A program made the translations under genes and the position numbers. From Chlamydiota bacterium (GTDB lineage: Bacteria > Chlamydiota > Chlamydiia > Chlamydiales > SM23-39), in assembly GCA_027451585.1 (NCBI GenBank), contig DAIDIZ010000044.1, forward strand, positions 1 through 61,092: DNA of 61,092 nucleotides, read 5' to 3'. Within the stretch, counting starts at the first letter, position 1. The number at the start of each line of letters is the position of its first letter. Positions 45,813 through 53,798 of the stretch are shown piece after piece. The notes under the pieces were generated by a model that saw only the letters and a program-made list of their open reading frames with translations, had not been told where the DNA came from and did no database searches.

Positions 45813-46061
45813 ATGTCAAAACTTCCGGGAGTAACTCTCTCATTTTCTTCTCTTATCTCTGCCTATAAAACTCTCCAATCGGGACTTGTCAAACAGGTTC
45901 GAAGACTTGCTGAACACATCAGTACAGCAAACCCTGGATCGTTCATCTTGATCCAATTCCAGATGAGCCAGGTGACTCAGATCGGCGAGTCGATTTCCAA
46001 CTTGATCTCGCAGGTCAACTCGGTCATCAACCACGCGGTACAAGCGCAAAGAACTAACTAA
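45813..46061 (+). CDS. sctF: T3SS needle filament protein SctF (CdsF)
   Basis: 82 aa helix-turn-helix-sized protein with PGSFILIQFQMSQVTQIGESISNLIS, a needle-like C-terminal helix. Position is equivalent to CT666. Confidence 0.7.
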   Translation: MSKLPGVTLSFSSLISAYKTLQSGLVKQVRRLAEHISTANPGSFILIQFQMSQVTQIGESISNLISQVNSVINHAVQAQRTN

Positions 46062-46070
46062 GAGGGAAAA

Positions 46071-46493
46071 ATGGACTGGAAAAAATATGAGGGAGATTTT
46101 CTCCTATTTCTCGAAACAGGTTTCATCGCGGTAAATCAAGCCGATGAAGATGCTTCTCTCAAGCTGTTTCGAGCAGCAGAGATGCTCAAACCAACGAATA
46201 CGTTACCTAAAGTCGGCTTCGGCTATCTTCACCTGCATAAACTAGAACTCATCGAGGCTTCTAAATGTTTCGAAGAGGTGTTGCGCATAGAGCCAGGCAA
46301 TGAGATGGCAAAGGCTTTTTTAGGTCTTACGATGAGTCTCATGCCAACCGAGCTTTCAAAAGGGGAAAAGGTGCTCGCTGAAATGACGAAATCAGGCGAT
46401 CCAATGATCAAGACGCTTGCCAGTACAGCTCTTGATTTTGTCGATCGATTCGTCAAAACAACACCAGGTCCTGCAGAAAAGAGAAAACCATGA
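46071..46493 (+). CDS. TPR-like needle chaperone, positional equivalent of CdsG/YscG
   Basis: 140 aa with TPR-like helices (ASKCFEEVLRIEPGNEMAKAFLGL). Confidence 0.6.
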   Translation: MDWKKYEGDFLLFLETGFIAVNQADEDASLKLFRAAEMLKPTNTLPKVGFGYLHLHKLELIEASKCFEEVLRIEPGNEMAKAFLGLTMSLMPTELSKGEKVLAEMTKSGDPMIKTLASTALDFVDRFVKTTPGPAEKRKP

Positions 46494-47116
46494 CCACTCC
46501 AAATACCCCGATCTCTCCTGGTAAAGCGGTGGAGTCTGTCGGATCTCCTGGAACAGGCAAGGATTTTTCATCGCTCATGCGAGAATCGGGTGGTCAAAAA
46601 GGGGATACCGACTTGCGCGCCTCTAGCGCCTCCTCTCCTCTCCAAGTCACAGCTCCCAAACCCACTGTGACAACGGCTCCCACTATGGACTCGATGTTGG
46701 TCCAAGCCAAAACAATGCAAGACAGCTTGGGGAAGGTGGGACAGCAGCTCAAAACGCCCAATCTCTCCCTTAAGAGGTCGCAAACCCACCTGCTCAAAAA
46801 CAAACTCTCTGGAGCGCGCGATTACATCCGGCAAGCAGGAGAAAAGGTTGGGGTAGAACCAAAGGTTTCGCAAGCGCCGAGCCTTGGAGGCCCTGTCGAT
46901 CGTTTTTTGAGCTACATCAACGATGGACAAGACCAGCTCATTGGAGTGCAACAACAGCTCAAAAAAATGGCGGCTAAAGGACAGCAACTCAACGCTGGCG
47001 ATATGCTCTCCATCACGGTGAAAATGAATTTAGCGCAGCAAGAAATTGAATATTCGAGCACTCTGCTTGCAAAAGTCATTGAGTCGATCAAACAAATCAT
47101 GAACATTCAGCTGTAA
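46490..47116 (+). CDS. T3SS-associated protein (CT668-position), C-terminus inner-rod/needle-like
   Basis: Disordered P/S/T-rich N-terminal half. The C-terminus is LNAGDMLSITVKMNLAQQEIEYSSTLLAKVIESIKQIMNIQ. The ATGA overlaps the previous gene. Confidence 0.55.
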   Translation: MTTPNTPISPGKAVESVGSPGTGKDFSSLMRESGGQKGDTDLRASSASSPLQVTAPKPTVTTAPTMDSMLVQAKTMQDSLGKVGQQLKTPNLSLKRSQTHLLKNKLSGARDYIRQAGEKVGVEPKVSQAPSLGGPVDRFLSYINDGQDQLIGVQQQLKKMAAKGQQLNAGDMLSITVKMNLAQQEIEYSSTLLAKVIESIKQIMNIQL

Positions 47117-47119
47117 TTT

Positions 47120-48433
47120 ATGGAAAAGCCCTCTTTTGACAAGCTAATGAGCCAACTCGAAGAGGTAGAACTGACCACGGTTCACGGAAGAATTACCGAA
47201 GTGGTCGGGATGCTGATCCGGGCCGTCATCCCTCAAGTGAGAATGGGAGAGATGTGCCTGATTAAAAGAGAGGGGGATCCGCTTGCAGCCGAAGTGGTCG
47301 GCTTTACAAAAGAAGAGGTTATTCTCTCTCCTCTCGGAGATATGCGAGGGATCGGCCCTTCTTCAGAAGTGATCCCGATGCGGATGCCAATGCACATCAA
47401 GGTGGGAAAAAACCTGCTCGGTAGAGTGCTCAATGGACTAGGACAGCCGCTTGACGAAGATACCCACGGCCCTCTCATTCTCGATGAAACGATTCCTGTC
47501 ATGAATCCCCCCCCTGATCCCCTTAAACGGATGTTGATCAAAGAGCCTCTGCCCGTCGGCGTTCGCTGTATCGACGGCGTTTTGACCTGCGGAAAAGGGC
47601 AGCGGATCGGTATTTTCGCTGCAGCTGGGGTGGGAAAATCGACTCTTCTCGGCATGATCGCTCGCAATGCAGTAGCAGACATCAACGTAATCTCTCTCAT
47701 CGGAGAGCGCGGGAGAGAGGTTAGAGAGTTCTTAATCAATGACTTAGGAACTGCTGGCATGAAACGTTCCGTGATCATCGTCTCCACCTCGGATCAGGCA
47801 GCTCAGATGCGCATCAACGCCGCTTATGTGGGGACTGCGATTGCTGAGTATTTCCGCGACCAAGGGAAATCGGTCATCTTGATGATGGATTCAGTGACCC
47901 GCTTTGCAAGGGCCTTGCGCGAGATTGGACTTGCAGCAGGAGAGCCCCCCGCGCGTGCAGGATATACCCCTTCGGTATTTGCCGTTCTTCCTCGTCTCCT
48001 TGAGCGCTCAGGTAACTCAGAGAAAGGATCGATCACCGCTTTTTACACGATTTTGGTCGCTGGCGACGATCTCAACGAGCCGGTTGCCGATGAAGTCCGT
48101 TCTATTTTAGATGGTCACATCGTCCTCTCTGCAGAGTTAGCCCGTCAACACCACTACCCTGCCATCGACGTCCTCGCCTCGGTAAGCCGTATCCTTCCCC
48201 ATATCATCGATAAATCCCACCTGCAACTCACAGGCCAATTGAGAGAAGTACTGGCCAATTACAAAAAAAACGAACTGCTGATCAAAATTGGAGAATATAA
48301 AGCGGGCTCTGATAAAAATGCCGACTTTGCTTTGAAGTACATCGATAAAGTCCACCGATTTCTGAAACAGCAAATCGATGAAAAACCCACATTTGAAGAG
48401 ACTCTGCGCCAACTGAGATCTCTTTTTACATGA
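47120..48433 (+). CDS. sctN: T3SS ATPase SctN (CdsN)
   Basis: Walker A GIFAAAGVGKSTLLGMI, Walker B VILMMDSVTRFA, and GSITAFYTILV. It has the F1/FliI-like layout. Confidence 0.97.
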   Translation: MEKPSFDKLMSQLEEVELTTVHGRITEVVGMLIRAVIPQVRMGEMCLIKREGDPLAAEVVGFTKEEVILSPLGDMRGIGPSSEVIPMRMPMHIKVGKNLLGRVLNGLGQPLDEDTHGPLILDETIPVMNPPPDPLKRMLIKEPLPVGVRCIDGVLTCGKGQRIGIFAAAGVGKSTLLGMIARNAVADINVISLIGERGREVREFLINDLGTAGMKRSVIIVSTSDQAAQMRINAAYVGTAIAEYFRDQGKSVILMMDSVTRFARALREIGLAAGEPPARAGYTPSVFAVLPRLLERSGNSEKGSITAFYTILVAGDDLNEPVADEVRSILDGHIVLSAELARQHHYPAIDVLASVSRILPHIIDKSHLQLTGQLREVLANYKKNELLIKIGEYKAGSDKNADFALKYIDKVHRFLKQQIDEKPTFEETLRQLRSLFT

Positions 48434-48514
48434 CAGGATCCAAGAGAAAAAACAAGATATGCAAGGTGTAATACGAATTAACATTGCATTTGGCAAGATC
48501 GGAGATTCGAGGCT

Positions 48515-48562
48515 TATACCGGAAATGATGCAAAAGTCGGCTTTTGAATCATTTCCGGTATA
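48515..48562. repeat. family B palindromic repeat, full type copy (48 bp)
   Basis: TATACCGGAAATGATGCAAAAGTCGGCTTTTGAATCATTTCCGGTATA. Confidence 0.9.
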
Positions 48563-48571
48563 TCGCCGATA

Positions 48572-48617
48572 TATACCCATTCCACTCCAAAATGGCCCAA
48601 ACAAACCGAATTGAAAA
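48572..48617. repeat. family A repeat, left-arm fragment abutting the autotransporter start
   Basis: TATACCCATTCCACTCCAAAATGGCCCAAACAAACCGAATTGAAA. Confidence 0.7.
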
Positions 48618-50881
48618 TGAAAAAATGGGCTCTCTCTTTCTTTTCCATCCCCCTTCTCGCAGCCTACTCTCCCGTGCCCACTTATATCACGGATCCTCCA
48701 GGAAGCCAACTCTACCTCATCGACCCAGTCACTAACACAGCCGTGCAAACAATAGGCAATAGCACCTCTGTCCCTTTTTCACGTCCGCAAGGAATTGCGT
48801 TAAGTCCCGATCGGACTTTTGGGTACATGATGGATAACTTAAGTTCCTCCATTTACTACATCGATACAGCAAAAAACCAAGCGACGGGACTGGTGCAAAA
48901 TACAACAGGAAGACCCTTTGGAGATTTGCTCGGGGTTGCGATCAGTCCGAACGGACAATTTGCCTATGCGGCAGATAACACGGGGGCCCTCTATTACATT
49001 GATGTAAAGAGCAATACGGCCTCTACAGCTATCACCCAAGCGGCAGGGACCCCCTTTACATCGCCCGCCCTTGTCGCTATTTCTCCTGATTCCTCTTTTG
49101 CTTATCTCTCCAACTACGTCGGAACTCCCAATATCTATGTCATCCAAACAGCCACCAATACCGCGACCATTTTAAACAATATAACGGGAACCCCATTTTC
49201 CTCTCCGATCGGGGTGGCTATTAGTCTCGATGGGACCTTTGGCTACATCACCGATACAACGGGCAAGGTTTTTTATGTAGATACAGCAACGAACACAGCG
49301 ACACAGCTCGTCACCAATCTCACGGGAACCCCCTTTAGTGCCCCTATCGGAGTGGCGATTAGTCCCGACAGCTCCTTTGTTTATGTAGCGGATCCTGGAA
49401 GCTCCTCTGTTTTCTTGATTGATCCAAAGACAAATACAGCAACGAATAAAATTGCGGTCCCGAGTATTGGGGCCCCCTCATCCAACCCAATTGCGATCAG
49501 TCCGGATGGACAATTCGCCTACGTGGGAGGCGGAGCTGGAGCCTCTATCTACTCAATCGATGTGGCAACAGGACGCGTTCTCTCCACCTCAAATGCTTCG
49601 GGAATCCCTTTTACTGGACCACTTTGGGTGGCGATGCCTCTTCCCCGTATCTCGACGACCACTCTTTCAGGGAATAACTTAATTTTAGCTAATTATCTCA
49701 ATCAAAATGCCCCTTTTCCCACCCAACTTCCTTTTGCGCTACTCTCAGGAAATGCCCTCATCCAAGCTCTTGAAATGGCAGCCCCTACTCGCAACGCCTT
49801 TTTTACATTTGCAGCGCAAATCAACCAAATCGCCATTGGGAATCTTCTATCAGACCGGATGACCCAAATCCGATTTCGCAATCAGAAAGCAAAAGCAGTG
49901 CCCTCCCTTGCCTCCTATCTCAACGAAATCGATCTCGACTCTCTTTACGCCGAATCAGAATATCCCTACTACTACAAAACTCGTTATCGAGCGCCACCTC
50001 CCCCGGCCTCATCTTCGAAAAAAGAGCCAAGAGAGCGATTCGGGGGAATCTGGCTCGGCGGATTTGGCCAGTACTCCCGCGAAAAGAGTCAAGACCAAAC
50101 ACCCTCCTTTCACGCCGGTTCAACAGGAGCAATCCTCGGTCTCGACTTCCGCTCAGTAGCAGCTCCCTTCTCCCGGATTTTAGGCTTAGCTGCGGCTTAC
50201 GCTTATACCAACTTGCACGAAAACGAAGGATTTGGCAGAGCCCGCCTCAATCAAGGAGTGGGAGGGTTTTACGGCGATTTTTCAGCGAAGCACGGGTATG
50301 CCAATTTCGCCTTTTGGGGAGGTTACTACCAAGCCCATAATATCCGAAACATTGCGTTTTCCAATATCCAGGGAGAAGCCAGAATGAAAACGGAAGGGTG
50401 GATGTTCACTCCTCATGTAGAGATTGGAGCGAGAATGGTATCCGGATGGCTAGGAGCGAGCCTCTTCACGCTCGCTGACTTTGTCCATTCTTGGGAAAAA
50501 GGGGCCTCTGAATCGGGCAATACACCCCTGAATTTCCACCAGAAAGGGAGAAAAGCCTCTCTTGCGAGAAGTGAAACAGGGATCCGGCTCCAAGAAACCT
50601 TTTCCTATCCTTGGGGGACTGTTTCCCTCAATCAAAAGGGGAGCTACGCCTACCAAAAAACTCTTAAGACAGGAAGAATCACAGCCTTTTTGATTGACTC
50701 TCCTGGAGAGTTTACCGTGAACACCTTTAAGTCTTCTGGAAATTTAGGAATCGCTGAATTCGGAGTTCTTTTGACCCCTGAAAAGAAACAATACCCCGAA
50801 TGGAGCTTGAGCTACCACGGAGAAATCGGCTCTCAATACCAATCGCACGAAGGCACCTTCGAAATCACCTTGCATTTTTAA
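48617..50881 (+). CDS. autotransporter with 7-bladed YVTN-type beta-propeller passenger
   Basis: Signal peptide MKKWALSFFSIPLLAAYS. There are seven repeats of about 44 aa (..Y.ID..TNTA......G.PF..P.GVAISPD..F.Y..). The C-terminal beta-barrel region runs from about 50038 (GGIWLGGFGQYSRE...) and ends in ...ITLHF. I used the ATG at 48617. The track TTG is at 48611. Confidence 0.8.
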   Translation: MKKWALSFFSIPLLAAYSPVPTYITDPPGSQLYLIDPVTNTAVQTIGNSTSVPFSRPQGIALSPDRTFGYMMDNLSSSIYYIDTAKNQATGLVQNTTGRPFGDLLGVAISPNGQFAYAADNTGALYYIDVKSNTASTAITQAAGTPFTSPALVAISPDSSFAYLSNYVGTPNIYVIQTATNTATILNNITGTPFSSPIGVAISLDGTFGYITDTTGKVFYVDTATNTATQLVTNLTGTPFSAPIGVAISPDSSFVYVADPGSSSVFLIDPKTNTATNKIAVPSIGAPSSNPIAISPDGQFAYVGGGAGASIYSIDVATGRVLSTSNASGIPFTGPLWVAMPLPRISTTTLSGNNLILANYLNQNAPFPTQLPFALLSGNALIQALEMAAPTRNAFFTFAAQINQIAIGNLLSDRMTQIRFRNQKAKAVPSLASYLNEIDLDSLYAESEYPYYYKTRYRAPPPPASSSKKEPRERFGGIWLGGFGQYSREKSQDQTPSFHAGSTGAILGLDFRSVAAPFSRILGLAAAYAYTNLHENEGFGRARLNQGVGGFYGDFSAKHGYANFAFWGGYYQAHNIRNIAFSNIQGEARMKTEGWMFTPHVEIGARMVSGWLGASLFTLADFVHSWEKGASESGNTPLNFHQKGRKASLARSETGIRLQETFSYPWGTVSLNQKGSYAYQKTLKTGRITAFLIDSPGEFTVNTFKSSGNLGIAEFGVLLTPEKKQYPEWSLSYHGEIGSQYQSHEGTFEITLHF

Positions 50882-50885
50882 AAGT

Positions 50886-51407
50886 ATGGCAGAACCGCAA
50901 AAATATCCTCTCGAACAAGTGATCTCGATCAAACAAAAACGCTTTGATCAAGCGGTGAAAACGCTCGAAATCAAAAAAGAGATTCTCGAAAAAGCGTATG
51001 AAAGACTCTATGATCTCAACGAAGAGAAAACCAAAGTACAGGAACATAAGAAAAGCAAACTCACCCAATTGCGAGAGGGGCTTGATCAGGGAATCTCCAC
51101 CGATAAGATCCAGCAAATGAAATTCTATTTGAAAACGGTGGAAGAAAAGCTCCTGGAACACCAGAAAAAAGTTGATGCACAGCAAAAAGTTGTCGACCAA
51201 GCACAAACAGAGGTAGATAAAGCAACCGATGACCTATTTCAGAAGAAAAAAGATCTGGAGAAAATGGAAATCCATAAAAAAGAGTGGAATAAAGAAGAAG
51301 CCTATCTAGTTGAACGAAAAGAAGAAGTAGAACATGATGAGCAAGGATCGGCCACTCATGAGAGAGTGAAGCGCGAGAGGAAGAAACAGAAAGATGGCAG
51401 TAAATAA
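50886..51407 (+). CDS. sctO: T3SS stalk protein SctO (CdsO/YscO-like)
   Basis: 173-aa all-coiled-coil K/E-rich protein in the position expected after sctN. The N-terminus KYPLEQVISIKQKRFDQA matches what I recall of CT670. Confidence 0.65.
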   Translation: MAEPQKYPLEQVISIKQKRFDQAVKTLEIKKEILEKAYERLYDLNEEKTKVQEHKKSKLTQLREGLDQGISTDKIQQMKFYLKTVEEKLLEHQKKVDAQQKVVDQAQTEVDKATDDLFQKKKDLEKMEIHKKEWNKEEAYLVERKEEVEHDEQGSATHERVKRERKKQKDGSK

Positions 51408-52536
51408 AATTGGCGATACATCTCCTACAGATCCGAATAAAGAGTCGAGCAATCCAGTAGAGCACCGAAAAGTAGAAAAGGTGGAAAAGATTCAAGGGGT
51501 CAGTGAAACGGAAAATGAGCGGAGAAGAAGATCCTTTCAACGATTCATGGAAAGTGATGACGAAACCTCCACACAAGAAAAAGCCCCATCTCCTTACGAA
51601 AGTTCCTTTTTCAAAGCAGCGCCCCCTCTCGAGGATCTTCAAAACAACATCGTTCCCGACGCCTCTTCTACGCCCCCTCCTCACGTAAATCAAACAACCT
51701 CAAGACAAAAAACAAGCCGTCCAGAATCATCCCTTCCTCACAGCCATCAATTCTGGTCTAAAGCAGAACCGACGACCTCCCATCAGAAAACCCCGATAAA
51801 AAAAGACGCTCCAGAAAAGAAAGAAAAAAAACTACCCCAAGCCACTCAAGCATTCCCCTCTGTTTACGCGCCTCCTGGGAAAACCATTCTCTCTGTAGAA
51901 GAAGAAAAGAAAAAACAAACAGAGATAAGAGAAAAAAAGAAAGGGGTACTGGGACTTGTTCAAGAAGAAAAAGGGGGACTCATTCCCGATGTGAAATCCC
52001 TTGAAAAAGAACATCGAGAAAGAGAGAAAAACACGAAAACTCTTTCGCTCGAAGAGAAGATCGACCCCTCCCAATTTCACACTCTCGCACCTCCCGCTTT
52101 CTCAGCTGCCCAGACCGCGATCACAAATGCCACCCCCCACTTAAATCACGAAATTTCCCCCCTCTTTTTTCAGATGGTCGGATCGATCTACACGATCATT
52201 GAAAAACCAGGGATTTTCACAACAGAGATCGTCTTGAACGCCAAAGCCTTTGTCAATTCCCCCTTCTTTGGGATGAAGATTGCAATTGAAAAGTATGCAA
52301 CAGCGCCTAATTCGCTCAATATTCGTCTTATTGGCAATCAGCAATCGGTAAAAGTATTTGAAAAGAACATCCCCAGCCTCTATACAGCCTTTCAAAACGG
52401 AAATTTTAATTTTCAAATTGGAAGAATCTCGACCGAGTACGCCATCGAGCGCCCCCTATTTCGGAGAAAAGAATCGGGAGAAGGAAAAAGAGAATCTGGA
52501 GGAGATGAGATGAAAGACCCAAGAGGAGATCGGTGA
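51394..52536 (+). CDS. sctP: T3SS needle-length/substrate-switch protein SctP (CdsP)
   Basis: Disordered P/S/K/E-rich N-terminal two-thirds. A FliK/YscP-like T3S4 C-terminal domain follows (TEIVLNAKAF..FGMKIAIEKY...LNIRLIGNQQSVKVFEKNIPSLYTAFQ). Confidence 0.6.
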   Translation: MAVNKIGDTSPTDPNKESSNPVEHRKVEKVEKIQGVSETENERRRRSFQRFMESDDETSTQEKAPSPYESSFFKAAPPLEDLQNNIVPDASSTPPPHVNQTTSRQKTSRPESSLPHSHQFWSKAEPTTSHQKTPIKKDAPEKKEKKLPQATQAFPSVYAPPGKTILSVEEEKKKQTEIREKKKGVLGLVQEEKGGLIPDVKSLEKEHREREKNTKTLSLEEKIDPSQFHTLAPPAFSAAQTAITNATPHLNHEISPLFFQMVGSIYTIIEKPGIFTTEIVLNAKAFVNSPFFGMKIAIEKYATAPNSLNIRLIGNQQSVKVFEKNIPSLYTAFQNGNFNFQIGRISTEYAIERPLFRRKESGEGKRESGGDEMKDPRGDR

Positions 52537-53606
52537 ATAAACAACCCTGGATGAATCGACTATCCACCTACTTCGAAGAAAAACAAGAGATTCCCCTTTT
52601 TGGGAACTCTCCCCCCTTTCCTTGGGAACTCTTTTCCTCTGAGCTCGGCAGAGAACTCGGGATCGAAGAATGTACCGTTCGACTAAAAGGACAAAAGTGG
52701 AGAGAGGCTGAAGAGTGGAAAAAAGGACAAGGATCCCATCTGATCGTACAACCCATCACCATCGCTCCATTTGAATCACCTCTTTATTGGATGATGGCCA
52801 AAACCGAAGTAGAGAAATTAACAAGCCGGCTCCTCTCAGGAAGCGGAAAAAAACGAGAATTCTCCTCGTCCTCTCTTCAAGAGGGTTACTACCGTTTTCT
52901 GCTCCTCGAAGCTCTTTATGCAGCCCAGATGCAAGGTCCAATTGAAGGGATGACGATCCAATTGAATGATGAAGAAGCCCCTCCTCATGAAAAAGGGCTT
53001 TGCCTCGATATTGAGATCCAGATCGAAGAAATAACCCTGCAAGGGAGATTGGTCATCCCTTCTTCTTTTCAGACCGCTTGGATCCAACATTTTTCCGCAT
53101 TCCCCCGCCCCTTCTCTCCTGGAAGACTCTCTTTAAAACTGCCCTTGTCACTCAAAATCCAAATTGGATCGATCGAACTCTCCTCCCAAGAATGGGGAAA
53201 TTTAGAATTGGGAGACATTTTGATTCCTGATACACTCTTTCAAAAAGAGCCGCTCCTCATTCTCGGTAACATTCCCCTTTTTCAAACTCATCTCAAAAAC
53301 AAAGAACTCACACTTAACCACTACACCTCCGAGGCACCCATGGACGAAGAAACATTTTTAGAGCATCTCGACACCTCAGAACAAGACGCAGAGAAAATGA
53401 GAGATATTCCTCTTCAGATTAAGATTGAAATCGGACAGATCGGCATGACGCTCGGCGAGCTAATGGAATTAAGTCCCGGTCACGTTCTCAAACTCCCTCC
53501 TCACGCAGAGAATAAAATCCATCTCGCTGTGAACGGAAAAAAAATTGGCACAGGAGAACTCATCGAAGTAGGAGAAACTCTCGGAATCCGACTAATCGAA
53601 ATCTAA
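52533..53606 (+). CDS. sctQ: T3SS cytoplasmic sorting platform protein SctQ (CdsQ)
   Basis: C-terminal SpoA/FliN domain (IPLQIKIEIGQIGMTLGELMELSPGHVLKL...LAVNGKKIGTGELIEVGETLGIRL). The GTGA overlaps sctP. Confidence 0.85.
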   Translation: MNKQPWMNRLSTYFEEKQEIPLFGNSPPFPWELFSSELGRELGIEECTVRLKGQKWREAEEWKKGQGSHLIVQPITIAPFESPLYWMMAKTEVEKLTSRLLSGSGKKREFSSSSLQEGYYRFLLLEALYAAQMQGPIEGMTIQLNDEEAPPHEKGLCLDIEIQIEEITLQGRLVIPSSFQTAWIQHFSAFPRPFSPGRLSLKLPLSLKIQIGSIELSSQEWGNLELGDILIPDTLFQKEPLLILGNIPLFQTHLKNKELTLNHYTSEAPMDEETFLEHLDTSEQDAEKMRDIPLQIKIEIGQIGMTLGELMELSPGHVLKLPPHAENKIHLAVNGKKIGTGELIEVGETLGIRLIEI

Positions 53607-53614
53607 TAATCTTT

Positions 53615-53650
53615 ATCTCGACTTTGTACATTCTTTGCCGGCATCTCCGC
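53615..53650. repeat. family C repeat, single arm
   Basis: ATCTCGACTTTGTACATTCTTTGCCGGCATCTCCGC is the reverse-complement type of the 873-916 copy. Confidence 0.75.
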
Positions 53651-53798
53651 GCCGAAAATTGCTTGAACGATCGTCTCCAGGAAAAGTCCTGTCGACATCT
53701 CATCGTAAAAAACGGTATCACTTGCACGAATATTCCTCTATGATTTACGATTCAGGACAGGTTGGCGAGAGGTTTTTATCCTCCTTGTTTACAAATTC

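Noticed and set aside
53651-53798. Possible pkn5 gene remnant between sctQ and sctC.
   Set aside because: I read all frames by eye. There are no kinase subdomain motifs (GxGxxG, VAIK, HRD, DFG) and no ORF longer than a few codons. I treat it as plain intergenic DNA.
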